Source: Amphiscolops sp. MND2022 (Eukaryota). From it: 64,000 bases of DNA. Below are positions 1-13,197 of this stretch, piece after piece. The notes under the pieces were generated by a model. It did not search any database. It was not told where the DNA came from and worked only from the letters and a program-made list of their open reading frames with translations. Position 1 is the first letter of the stretch. Each line of letters begins with the position of its first letter. Where the stretch lies: assembly GCA_964187785.1 (NCBI GenBank), contig OZ076409.1, forward strand, positions 97,032,001-97,096,000, read 5' to 3'. Made by a program: the position numbers and the translations under genes.

Positions 1-2
1 CA

Positions 3-560
3 TTTTTTAGTCGGCGCTTTTCGAAGAAAAACGCAGACTATAGTAGTGACTTCTTTTTTTTAAGACCAACGAACTGACAGATTTTATAAAGAGTTATAAA
101 TAGCTGAGCTGACTTACAGTAACTGCACTAACAGTAACCGCAACGCTAGCTATCACTGCTGGCACTTGGCATAGAGGTTAATTAGGCTTTTTGAGGTCTG
201 CCCAGCAGAAGGACGTGGGTTCGAGTCCCGTCCTTGATCAATTTTTTTGTGCAGTTTTTTCGGCTTTGTGAGACTTTTTTCGCAAATTTTTTTAATGTCT
301 CCAAAGGATCCACCCTTCATTTTTTTTCTATTTGCATAAGAATGGATGTTCAAAACCTCCCAAAGGGCCCCTTTTACAATTTTTCGGCACTATGCGACTT
401 ACCGGAGACCAAAAAATTTCGCAAAAATTGAAAAAAATTCGGATTTTTTAAAATTTTTCCTCACGCGGGTACTGTAGAAGAGAATACTTGACACTTTGAA
501 GTCCTTTTGCTATTTTTGAGCCTTAGATATGGCGCCGACTTGGGCCGTTCCCGGTTTGTT
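3..560 (+). mobile_element. Helentron/DINE-like non-autonomous element, family A
   Basis: Subterminal inverted repeats AGTCGGCGC (9-17) / GCGCCGACT (532-540); 5' hairpin TAGTCGGCGCTTTT..AAAACGCAGACTA; 3' stem-loop GGCCG-TTCC-CGGTT; T-rich flanks; related copies at 16174, 33388, 37748, 43036. Confidence 0.6.
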
Positions 561-883
561 TTAGAATATGACCGAATATTTGGTTTGAAGAATTTAATAA
601 ATTATCCAAAAATTTAAACCACGTCAAGGTTCATAAAAAAGCAATTTTTAGTCAATATAAAAAAATTACGTAATAGATCATGAAATTTTCAGAACCAGAT
701 TTATCAAATGATCAAAAAGTTGAAACAGGTCCAAGTAACCAACTTGTTGAAACCAAATTGAAAAATTATTTATAAATTATAACTGATGTCCACAGCTTAG
801 CTTAAATGCAACTTTCTTGACATTTTTAGCAGCAAAAAACAGCGTTGTATTTTCGCGTTTTCCGCAATGAAGTAATTAAGTTT

Positions 884-1289
884 GGCTCTTTTCTGTTTCC
901 CCACCACCAATTTTTTTTTGAAAAATTAGTGAAAATCGTATAACAAAAAGACTTGAACACAAACCAGAAAACTTTAAATTTACATTTATTCTTCGTGTGA
1001 CAGTTTAGGATTCAGATACAAACTTTGTTCACACTTTTTCAATATGTAGTCACGCATTTTTGATGAAAAAATCAACAGCTTCCTGTTTTGCGTCATCAAT
1101 AAACACTTAATACGAACATAATTATAGTCAAAAAGCGTGAACAATGTTTTGTTCAAGCAAAAAATTATTCCAATAAACGTTAACTTCCCATTTTGAAAGA
1201 AGGTTTTACTTTTAATTAGGCTAGTCTAATGTTTTAAAGGAAATTTACTTCCAAAAATTTTGGTGGTGGGGGGGGGACAGAAAAGAGCC
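884..1289. mobile_element. Merlin-like MITE, family M1
   Basis: TIRs GGCTCTTTTCTGT..CCCCACCACCAA / TTGGTGGTGGGG..ACAGAAAAGAGCC; perfect 8-bp TSD TTAAGTTT (876-883, 1290-1297); GG termini plus 8-bp TSD fit Merlin. Confidence 0.85.
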
Positions 1290-1924
1290 TTAAGTTTAAA
1301 CTATTTCTATTTTAGGAAATCCCCCGGTCTTAATTGGGCGTTTTGATCATTTTTTATTTGTTGATAATTAAAACGGGTGCTTTCAGCTATCTTTTGAGTT
1401 TATTTTTCCAAAAACAAAAATTTCTAGACTTCATTAACGTAATTTTCTGCATAACCACCACAAATTAGACTACAAACGACAACTTCCTGGAAATTCGATA
1501 GCCTTCGGTACAGAAAATGTTCACGGCAGAGAAGAGAATCGATTAGGACTTTAGGCACTCTATTTATAGATTTTTTTTCTCTTTTTTTAGAATCCGTGCA
1601 TTACTTTAAATTCAAGACAATCGGCTGCCATTCACAGATTTTCAAAAAAACACAAAGAGTTCAACAACGAATTTTTGCGAAGTTTAGTTTTAGGGGCTCT
1701 TTTGGCGTCAATTAGGGTCTCATAACCAGCCAGGGTTGGTAATTATAGTTTTTTTTTCACGAAAAATGTTTTAAACCGTTTTTACAGAATATAGTGCTTT
1801 TTTCTATTTTATTGTTTTTTTCCGCTTGGTAAAACTACCGTGGAAAACAATGTGTTATGCACAACGGCTTTCCATTCATTGTCAAACATTTCATTGTTGA
1901 AAAGTGTAACAAATGAAAATACAG

Positions 1925-2089
1925 CCCAGTGTAAAAACTCTTGGATTTCCTACCAAGATCTTGGATTTTCCTACAAAATCCTGCTACTTCTTGAATTTCT
2001 TAATAAGATCTTGTAAAGTCTTACTTCTTTCAAAAAATCTTGATATTCTTGACAAGAATCTTGCCAAGATTCTTATCAAGAAATCCGGG
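1925..2089. repeat. CAAG/CTTG-rich MITE-end fragment
   Basis: Starts CCCAGTGTAAAAACTCTTGGA, the near reverse complement of 13177-13197; internal CAAGATCTTG-type palindromic repeats; no TSD found. Confidence 0.4.
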
Positions 2090-3111
2090 TGGTGAATTGC
2101 ATTCAGCAAGTCTGTGATCATTTATGCTTTCCATTAAACACCAACTAGGGGCGTTCCCATGGAAAATTTCCAGCGGAAGTGTGGGAAAAATATCGAATAT
2201 GAAAGCAGGGAAACTTTCCAAAAGTAGTTGGAAGCCATTCTGTTTAATCAGATTCATAACGTTATAATTTTATAAAACAAAGTTTGTTTGGTACTGACAT
2301 ATAATCTTTTTTAGACGTGGATATATAGTATAGTAGTAAAAGTACGTAGTATTATAAGCGGGGGGGGGGGGTTGAGTGAGTAACCAAATATGGTCATACC
2401 GTGGACTCCAGAAAGACGTCATGATGGCGACACAATGACGTAACCGAAGGTCAAAAATACTCACTCACGGAGAGCCGACTAGAAACCGAAACAAGTATAC
2501 ACAACCTTGAAAAATCCGAGCCTGGAAATTTTTTTTGTTTCTATTTCAGGCAATGAAAGGAAATTTCTTTACCTTTGCGTGCTGGAAAGTAATAAAAAAA
2601 TGGAAGGAGCAGTTTGCTAGGAATGGAAATTGCGGCCGTGATAAAAGGAAACGGGATCAATAAAAGGTGCTTTCATCTACCAACGTTGAAATGAATGTGC
2701 TTCTACTTACTTCCATTTGATGCTAGTGACCTTTATTGATGCGTGATTTCCATTGATAAAATTTCCCTGAAGTTATCTTCATTTGCGTAATGGATAACAT
2801 TCTTTATCATTCCAACCATCAACCGCCAAAAATATCTCCACCTTTACACAACGCCATATTTTCACACCGAGTAGAATGGAAATGTGACCTGCAAATTGTG
2901 AAAATTGCTATAGAAATTGACGAAAAAAGACGATGAAATGCTGTAAAAAGTATACTTTTTCTCATGTATAGAAGACTGAAAGAGTTTTCACAGTGTTGAA
3001 TAACGAAGTGCCGGACACGAAATAAGGGCATGTTTTTTTTTACAAAGGCGCAGAGTAGCCCCTGAAACAGGTACTATTTTCTACTAGGATCTCTACAGAG
3101 ATCCTATAGTA

Positions 3112-6100
3112 ATATACCGTATTTCGAAATATAGATCGAATATAAGTTCTACGCGACTGTGTTCATTGAATCTTAGCTACTTTAGCCCTACAGTATTGTA
3201 CTGTATATTGAAATACAGATCGAAGATTAGTCCTACACAACCATGTTCATCGAATCTTAGCTACTTAGACGTATAGTATTGTACTGTATATTGAATGATA
3301 GATCCAATATAAGTCGTATACGCCTATGTTCAATGAGTCTTAGCTACTTTAGACTTATAGTATTGTACTGTATATAGAAAGATCGATCAAATAAAAGTCC
3401 TTTACAGCTGTGTTCATCGAATCTTAGCTTCCTTAGACATATAATATTGTAATGTATTTCGACTGATAGATCTAATATAAGTCCTATACGCCTATTGTCA
3501 TTGATTCTTAGCTAATTTAAACTTATAGTATGGTACTGTATATAGAAAGACAGATCGAATATAAAACATATACGACCCTGTTCATCGAATCTTACCTACT
3601 TTAGACCTATAGTACGGTACTGTATGTTGAAAGATTGTTCAAATATAAAAGCTATACGATCTTGTTAATTGAATCTTAGCTACTTTAGACCTATAGTATT
3701 GTACTGTATAATGAAAAATAGATCGAATATAAGTCGTTAACAGCTGTGTTCATCGAATCTTACCTAACTTAGACGTATAGTATGGTACTGTATATTGACC
3801 GATAGATCCAATAAAAGTTCTTTACGCCTATGTTCAATGAATTATAGCTACTTTAAACTTAAAGTATGGTACTGTATATAGGAAGATAGATCGAATTTAA
3901 AACATATACGACCTTGTTCATCGAATCTCCGCTACTTTAGACTTATAGTATGGTACGGTATATTGGAAGATAGATCAATTATAAGTCCTTTACAGCTGTG
4001 TTCAACGAATCTTAACTACTTTAGTCCTAAAGTAAGGTTCTGTAATTTGAAAGATAGATCAATTATGAGTCCTAAACAACTTTGTTTATTAAATCTTAGC
4101 TACTTCAGACCTATCTTACAGTACTCTATATCGAAAGATAGATCAAATATGAGTCCTATACGACCGTTTTCATCGAATCTTACCTACCTTAGACGTAAAG
4201 TATTGTACTCTATATAGAATGATAGATCCAATATAAGTCCTTTAAGTCTATGTTCATTGAATCTTAGCTACTTCAGACTTATAGTATGGACTGTATATTG
4301 AAAGATAGATCAAATATAAAACATATACGACCCTGTTCATCGAATCTTAGCTACTTTAGACCTATATTATGATACTGTATTATGAAAGATTGATGGCTTA
4401 TAAAAGCTATACGATCGTGTTAATTGAATCTTAGCTCCATTAATCCTATAGTATGGTACTGTAAAATGAAATATAGATCAAATATGAGTCTTATTCAACT
4501 TTGTTCAAAGATTCGTAGCTACTTTAGAGCTATATCATGGTACTGTATATTGAAAGATCGATCGAATATAAAGCCTATACGATGGTGTTAATTGAATCTT
4601 AGCTACTTTAGACCTATTGTTTTGTACTGTATATTGAAAAATAGATCGAATACAAGTTCTTTACAGCTGTGTTCAATGAATCTTAGCTACTTTAATCCTA
4701 GAGTATGGTACTGTGAAAGGAAAGATAGATCGAATATGAGTCCTATACAACTTTGTTCATAAAATCTTAGCTACTTTAGACCTTTAGTATGGTACTGTAT
4801 ATTGAAAGGTAGATCAAATATGAGTCCTATACGACCGTTTTCATCGAATCTTACCCACCTTAGACGTAAAGTATTGTACTCTATATAGAATGATAGATCC
4901 AATATAAGTCCTATACATCTATGTTCATTGAATCTTAGCTACTTCAGACTTATAGTATGGTACTGTATATTGAAAGATAGATCAAATATAAAACATATAC
5001 GACCCTGTTCATCGAATCTTAGCTACTTTAGACCTATATTATGGTACTGTATATTGAAAGATTGATCGCTTATAAAAGCTATACGATCGTGTTAATTGAA
5101 TCTTAGCTACATTAATCCTATAGTATGGTACTGTAAAATGAAATATAGATCGAATATGAGTCCTATACAACTTTGTTCATTAAATTGTAGCTACTTTAGA
5201 GCTATATTATGGTACCGTACATTGAAAGATCGATCGAATATAAAACCTATACGATGGTGTTAATTGAATCTTAGCTACTTTAGACCTATAGTTTTGTACT
5301 GTATATTGAAAGAGAGATCGAATACAATTCCTTTACAGCTGTGTTCAATGAATCTTAGCTACTTTAATCCATAGTATGGTACTGTAAATTGAAAGATAGA
5401 TTGAAAGATATCTCCTATACAACTTTGTTCATAAAACCTTAGCTACCTTAGACCTTTAGTATGGTACTATATATTGAAAGATTGATCGAGTATAAAACCT
5501 ATACGATCGTGTTAATTGAATCTTTGCTACTTTAAACCTACAGAATGGGACTGTATATCGAAAGATATATCAAATATAAGTCCTAAACGACCGTTTTCAT
5601 TGAATCTTACCTACCTTAGACGTAAAGTATTGTACGCTATATAGAATGATAGATCCAATAGAAGTCCTATATGTCTATCTTCAATGATTCTTAGCTTTTT
5701 TAGACTTATAGTATGCTACTGTATTTTGAAAGATAGATCGAATATTAAACATATACGACCCTGTTCATCGAATCTTAGCTACTTTACACCTATTTTATGG
5801 TACTGTATGTTGAAAGATTGATCGAATATAAAAGCTATACGATCGTGTTAACTGAATCTTAGCTACTTTAGACCTATAGTACTGTACTATATTTTGAAAG
5901 AAATATCGAATATAAGTCTTATACGGCCGTGTTCATCGAAATTTAGCTACCCTACTCTTATAATTTGGTGATGTATATTGAAAGATAGATCAAACATAAG
6001 TCCTCTAGGGCTGTGTTCATTGAATCGTAGCTACTTCAGAGCGATAGTATGGTACTGTAAATGGAAAGGTTGATCAAATATGAAACCCATACGATCGTGT

Positions 6101-6288
6101 TCACCTAATATCTACTTTAGACCTATTTTATGGTACTGTATGTTGAAAGATTGATCGAATATAAAAGCTATACGACCGTGTTAATTGAATCTTAGCTACT
6201 TTAGACCTATAGTATTGTACTGTATAATGAAAGATAGATCGAATACAAGGCCTATACGAAAGTGTTCATCGAATCTCAGCTACTTCAG
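3112..6288 (+). repeat. 84-bp tandem array, left arm (~38 units)
   Basis: GAATCTTAGCTACTTTAGACCTATAGTATKGTACTGTATATTGAAAGATAGATCGAATATAAG.. recurs at 3168, 3252, 3335, 3419 and onward; higher-order periods 671 and 756 bp. Confidence 0.95.
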
Positions 6289-7280
6289 TATTGACTGCAT
6301 AGCTCAGATGAAAACCGTTTGAAATGGTCAAAATCCGAATTATTGAATCAGAAAAGTCAGGTCATCGTGAAAGTTTAAAAACATTTTTGTGGAAAAAATG
6401 GATCAATTTTTTCATTCAAAATTTGACGTGCTTCGATTACGCCCAATTTGAAAAGAATCTGGAATTATTCTTGACAAACAAATTGGTTTGACAGCGTTTT
6501 TCTTTAGAAAAGAGCGACTTTAGTCATGGTTTTCCAAAAACAGTTCTAGTAAAAATTCTTCAATTTTGGTAAAGTCCCTTTGGGCAATGTACATCCTGCA
6601 CTTGAAATGTAAAGGAGTCTCCTTCGTCAAGCACACAACAAGATTCACGGCCAACCGGTTATAACGGATTCCGGATATAACGTGTACTGGAAATGCCGTT
6701 TGTGGGAGAGGTTTTTTAATATTACAAAAGGGACCCTCCTTTGATTCTCAAGATATTCAGAGTTGATACAAATTCAACTGAAGCCGAGGAATCCCCCTCT
6801 GTTTTTGTTGGCACTGTGAGACCTTTTTATTTTCAATATAATCAAACAGCTGTTTTATCTCCACTTATTTATCATTCTTTGGGCTGTTTTGACTCTGTGC
6901 GTTTTTTTCCGAAACTTTCATTTGATTAAAGGGTATGTTCCAGCTTTCCTATCTGTTTTCGGCTTGAGGAAAGTAGTTTCTAAGCTGAAAGTTCCTTTTT
7001 CGGCACTATGAGACTTTCCCGAAAAAAAATCGAATTAACTTTCAAAAAAAGATCTTTTGTAATTCCAGTTGGGTAAACTGTGGTTTCCGAGCCTTATGTG
7101 TATCCTTTGGGGTATTTTTTGGCACTGAGATTTGAATTGACTTTGTATTTATCTGCTAATCAATGAAAAAAAACGCAAGCTAATACAAAACATATACAAT
7201 CATCAATTAACCGACGGTTAAAAGAAAATTTTTTTCACAACAAAAAGACATCCAATTTAACCTGGATTGGTTCAGTATAA

Positions 7281-10200
7281 GAACACTTTCGTATAGGCCT
7301 TGTGTTCGATCTATCTTTCATTATACAGTACAATACTATAGGTCTAAAGTAGCTAAGATTCAATTAACACGATCGTATAGCTTTTATATTCGATCAATCT
7401 TTCAACATACAGTACCATAAAATAGGTCTAAAGTAGATATTAGGTGAACACGATCGTATGGGTTTCATATTTGATCAACCTTTCCATTTACAGTACCATA
7501 CTATCGCTCTAAAGTAGCTACGAGTCAATGAACACAGCCCTAGAGGACTTATGTTTGATCTATCTTTCAATATACATCACCAAATTATAGGAGTAGGGTA
7601 GCTAAATTTCGATGAACACGGCCGTATAAGACTTATATTCGATATTTCTTTCAAAATACAGTACAGTACTATAGGTCTAAAGTAGCTAAGATTCAGTTAA
7701 CACGATCGTATAGCTTTTATCAATCTTTCAACATACAGTACCATAAAATAGGTGTAAAGTAGCTAAGATTCGATGAACAGGGTCGTATATGTTTTATATT
7801 CGATCTATCTTTCAAAATACAGTAGCATACTATAAGTCTAAAAGAGCTAAGAATCATTGAAGATAGACATATAGGACTTCTATTGGATCTATCATTCTGT
7901 ATAGCGTACAATACTTTACGTCTAAGGTAGGTAAGATTCAATGAAAACGGTCGTTTAGGACTTATATTTGATATATCTTTCGATATACAGTCCCATTCTG
8001 TAGGTTTAAAGTAGCAAAGATTCAATTAACACGATTGTATAGGTTTTATATTCGATCAATCTTTCAATATACAGTACCATACTAAATGTCTAAAGTAGCT
8101 AAGGTTTTATGAACAAAGTTGTATAGGAGTTATCTTTGATCTATCTTTCAATTTACAGTACCATACTATGGAATAAAGTAGCTAAGATTCACTGAATACA
8201 GCTGTAAAGAAATTGTGTTCGATCTATCTTTCGATATACAGTACGAAACAATGGGTCTAAAGTAGCTAAGATTCAATTAACACCATCGTATAGGTTTTAT
8301 ATTCAATCGATCTTTCAATATACAGTACCATAATTTAGCTCTAAAGTAGCTACAATTTAATGAACAAAGTTGTATAGGACTCATATTCGATCTATATTTC
8401 CTTTTACAGTACCATACTATAGGATTATTGTAGCTAAGATTCAATTAACACGATCGTATAGCTTTTATAAGCGATCAATCTTTCAATATACAGTACCATA
8501 ATATAGGTCTAAAGTAGCTAAGATTCAATGAACAGGGTCGTATATGTTTTATATTTGATCTATCTTTCAATATACAGTACCATACTATAAGTCTGAAGTA
8601 GCTAAGATTCAATGAACATAGACGTATAGGACTTATATTGGATCTATCATTCTATATAGAGTACAATACTTTACGTCTAAGGTAGGTAAGATTCAATGAA
8701 AACGGTCGTTTGGGACTTTAATTTGAAATATCTTTCGATATACAGTCCCATTCTGTAGGTCTAAAGTAGCAAAGATTCAATTAACACGATCGTATAGGTT
8801 TTATATTCGATCAGTCTTTCAATATACAGTACCATACTAAAGGTCTAAAGTAGCTAAGGTTTTATGAACAAAGTTGTATAGGAGTTATCTTTCAATCTAT
8901 CTTTCAATTTACAGTACCATACTATGGATTAAAGTAGCTAAGATTCATTGAACACAGCTGTAAAGAAATTGTATTCGATCTATCTTTCAATATACAGTAC
9001 AAAACTTTAGGTCTAAAGTAGCTAAGATTCAATTAACACCATCGTATAGGTTTTATATTCGATCGATCTTTCAATGTACAGTACCATAATATAGCTCTAA
9101 AGTAGCTACAATTTAATGAACAAAGTTGTATAGGACTCATATTCGATCTATATTTCATTTTACAGTACCATACTATAGGATTAATGTAGCTAAGATTCAA
9201 TTAACACGATCGTATAGCTTTTATAAGCGATCAATCTTTCAATATACAGTACCATAATATAGGTCTAAAGTAGCTAAGATTCGATGAACAGGGTCGTATA
9301 TGTTTTATATTTGATCTATCTTTCAATATACAGTACCATACTATAAGTCTGAAGTAGCTAAGATTCAATGAACATAGACGTATAGGACTTATATTGGATC
9401 TAACATTCTATATAGAGTACAATACTTTACGTCTAAGGTAGGTAAGATTCGATGAAAACGGTCGTATAGGACTCATATTTGATCTACCTTTCGATATACA
9501 GTACCATACTAAAGGTCTAAAGTAGCTAAGATTTTATGAACAAAGTTGTATAGGACTCACATTCGATCTATCTTTCCTTTCACATTACCATACTCTAGGA
9601 TTAAAGTAGCTAAGATTCATTGAACACCGCTGTAAAGAACTTGTATTCGATCTATTTTTCAATATACAGTACAAAACAGTAGGTCTAAAGTAGCTAAGAT
9701 TCAATTAACACCATCGTATAGGTTTTATATTCGATCGATCTTTCAATATACAGTACCATGATATAGCTCTAAAGTAGCTACGAATCTTTGAACAAAGTTG
9801 TATAAGACTCATATTTGATCTATATTTCATTTTACAGTACCATACTATAGGATTAATGGAGCTAAGATTCAATTAACACGATCGTATAGCTTTTAAAAGT
9901 GATCAATCTTTCAATATACAGTATCATAATATAGGTCTAAAGTAGCAAAGATTCAATTAACACGATCGTATAGGTTTTATATTCGATCAGTCTTTCAATA
10001 TACAGTACCATACTAAAGGTCTAAAGTAGCTAAGGTTTTATGAACAAAGTTGTATAGGAGTTATCTTTCAATCTATCTTTCAATTTACAGTACCATACTA
10101 TGGATTAAAGTAGCTAAGATTCATTGAACACAGCTGTAAAGAAATTGTATTCGATCTATCTTTCAATATACAGTACAAAACTATAGGTCTAAAGTAGCTA

Positions 10201-12103
10201 AGATTCAATTATTACCATCGTATAGGTTTTATATTCGATCGATCTTTCAATGTACAGTACCATAATATAGCTCTAAAGTAGCTACAATTTAATGAACAAA
10301 GTTGTATAGGACTCATATTCGATCTATATTTCATTTTACAGTACCATACTATAGGTCTAAAGTAGCAAAGATTCAATTAACACGATCGTATAGGTTTTAT
10401 ATTCGATCAGTCTTTCAATATACAGTACCATACTAAAGGTCTAAAGTAGCTAAGGTTTTATGAACAAAGTTGTATAGGAGTTATCTTTCAATCTATCTTT
10501 CAATTTACAGTACCATACTATGGATTAAAGTAGCTAAGATTCATTGAACACAGCTGTAAAGAAATTGTATTCGATCTATCTTTCAATATACAGTACAAAA
10601 CTATAGGTCTAAAGTAGCTAAGATTCAATTAACACCATCGTATAGGTTTTATATTCGATCGATCTTTCAATGTACAGTACCATAATATAGCTCTAAAGTA
10701 GCTACAATTTAATGAACAAAGTTGTATAGGACTCATATTCGATCTATATTTCATTTTACAGTACCATACTATAGGATTAATGTAGCTAAGATTCAATTAA
10801 CACGATCGTATAGCTTTTATAAGCGATCAATCTTTCAATATACAGTACCATAATATAGGTCTAAAGTAGCTACGATTCGATGAACAGGGTCGTATATGTT
10901 TTATATTTGATCTATCTTTCAATATACAGTCCCATACTATAAGTCTGAAGTAGCTAAGATTCAATGAACATAGACGTATAGGTTTTATATTGGATCTATC
11001 ATTCTATATAGAGTACAATACTTTACGTCTAAGGTAGGTAAGATTCGATGAAAACGGTCGTATAGGACTCATATTTGATCTATCTTTCGATATAGAGTAC
11101 TGTAAAATAGGTCTGAAGTAGCTAAGAGTTAATAAACAAAGTTGTTTAGGACTCATAATTGATCTATCTTTCAAATTACAGAACCTTACTTTAGGACTAA
11201 AGTAGTTAAGATTCGTTGAACACAGCTGTAAAGGACTTATAATTGATCTATCTTCCAATATACCGTACCATACTATAGGTCTAAAGTAGCGGAGATTCGA
11301 TGAACAGGGTCGTATATGTTTTATATTCGATCTATCTTTCTATATACAGTACCATACTTTAAGTTTAAAGTAGCTAAAATTCATTGAACATAGGCCTATA
11401 GAACTTTTATTGGATCTATCGGTCAATATACAGTACCATACTATACGTCTAAGGTAGCTAAGATTCGATGAACACAGCTGTTAACAACTTATTTTCGATC
11501 TATTTTTCATTATACAGTACAATACTATAGGTCTAAAGTAGCTAAGATTCAATTAACAAGATCGTATAGCTTTTATATTTGAACAATCTTTCAACATACA
11601 GTACCGTACTATAGGTCTAAAGTAAGTAAGATTCGATGAACAGGGTCGTATATGTTTTATATTCGATCTGTCTTTCTATATACAGTACCATACTATAAGT
11701 TTGCTAAGAATTAATGACAATAGGCGTATAGGACTTATATTAGATCTATCAGTCGAAAAACATTACAATACTATATGTCTAAGGAAGCTAAGATTCGATG
11801 AACACAGCTGTAAAGGACTTTTATTTGATCGATCTTTCTATATACAGTACAATACTATAAGTCTAAAGTAGCTAAGACTCAATGAACATAGGCGTATACG
11901 ACTTATATTGGATCTATCATTCAATATACAGTACAATACTATACGTCTAAGTAGCTAAGATTCGATGAACATGGTTGTGTAGGACTAATCTTCGATCTGT
12001 ATTTCAATATACAGTACAATACTGTAGGGCTAAAGTAGCTAAGATTCAATGAACACAGTCGCGTAGAACTTATATTCGATCTATATTTCGAAATACGGTA
12101 TAT
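7281..12103 (-). repeat. 84-bp tandem array, right arm (~57 units, inverted)
   Basis: Reverse complement of the left array; near-exact 420-bp (5-unit) duplication at 9961 versus 10381. Confidence 0.95.
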
Positions 12104-13004
12104 TACTATAGGATCTCTGTAGAGATCCTAGTAGAAAATAGTAGCTATTTCAGGGGCTACTCTGCGCATTTGTAAAAAAATGCCCTTATTTCGTGTCCGG
12201 CACTTAGTTATTCAACACTGTGAAAACTCTTTCAGTCTTCTATACATGAGAAAAAGTATACTTTTTACAGCATTTCATCGTCTTTTTTCGTCAATTTCTA
12301 TAGCAATTTTCACAATTTGCAGGTCACATTTCCATTCTACTCGGTGTGAAAATATGGCGTTGTGTAAAGGTGGAGATATTTTTGGCGGTTGATGGTTGGA
12401 ATGATAAAGAATGTTATCCATTACGCAAATGAAGATAACTTCAGGGAAATTTTATCCATGGAAATCACGCATCAATAAAGGTCACTAGTATCAAAAGGAA
12501 GTAAGTAGAAGCACATTCATTTCAACGTTGGTAGATGAAAGCACCTTTTATTGATCCTGTTTCCTTTTATCACGGCCGCAATTTCCATTCCTAACAAACT
12601 GCTCCTTCCATTTTTTTATTACTTTCCAGCACGCAAAGGTAAGGAAATTTCCTTTCATTGCCTGAAATAGAAACAAAAAAAATTTCCAGGCTCGGATTTT
12701 TCAAAGTTGTGTATACTTATTTCGGTTTCTAGTCGGCTCTCCGTGAGTGAGTATTTTTGACCTTCGGTTACGTCATTGTGTCGCCGTCATGACGTCTTTC
12801 TGGAGTCCACGGTATGGCCATATTTGGTTACTCACTCGACCCCCCCGCTTATAATACTACGTACTTTTACTACTTAGTATACTAATATAATACAATATAC
12901 AGTACACTAATTTCAGATCATCAATTCTCAATTTTAGTGGTGCTTAAGAGCATCTTCAAAGAGCTTCTACAAAAATAAATAAAAGTCTAGGCCTTTTTGT
13001 GTTT

Positions 13005-13197
13005 TCATCCATGATCATTCCTTGATTTTCTTGAAACTCTTGATAAAAATCATGGAATTTCATGAATTGCTTGGCACGATTTTGCAAGATCCTGCAAATT
13101 CGTGGATTTCTTGGTAAGAATCTTGGCAAGATTCTTACCAAGAAATCCAGGAATATCCAAGATTCTTATCAAGAGTTCCAAGAGTTTCTACGCTGGG
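13005..13197. repeat. CAAG/CTTG-rich MITE-end fragment
   Basis: CAAGAATCTTG-type repeats ending TCCAAGAGTTTCTACGCTGGG, inverted relative to 1925-1945. Confidence 0.4.

Larger units (their letters stand above)
2332..12874. mobile_element. Non-autonomous Polinton/Maverick-like foldback element with multi-kb TIRs
   Basis: Termini AGTAGTAAAAGTACGTAGTATTATAAGC / GCTTATAATACTACGTACTTTTACTACT; perfect 6-bp TSD TAGTAT (2326-2331, 12875-12880); arms 2332-6267 and 7281-12874 are reverse complements; mirrored ORF pairs 2819/12180 and 3963/11004; no coding capacity. Confidence 0.85.

Noticed and set aside
2819..3031. Duplicated 70-aa ORF (also 12180-12392)
   Set aside because: Duplication simply reflects the TIR; no recognisable motif
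3963..4217. 28-aa repeat (LRR-like) protein from the 84-bp array, also 7720-8025 and 11004-11258
   Set aside because: Frame is broken by stops and 1-bp indels across the array; no LxxLxL consensus
3112..12103. CRISPR array
   Set aside because: The whole 84-bp unit is repeated with point variants; no unique spacers, no cas genes, eukaryotic context
1925..13197. One outer DNA transposon with CCCAG TIRs enclosing the foldback
   Set aside because: Ends are inverted relative to each other but flanks (CAG vs GAT) give no TSD; may be two separate fragments
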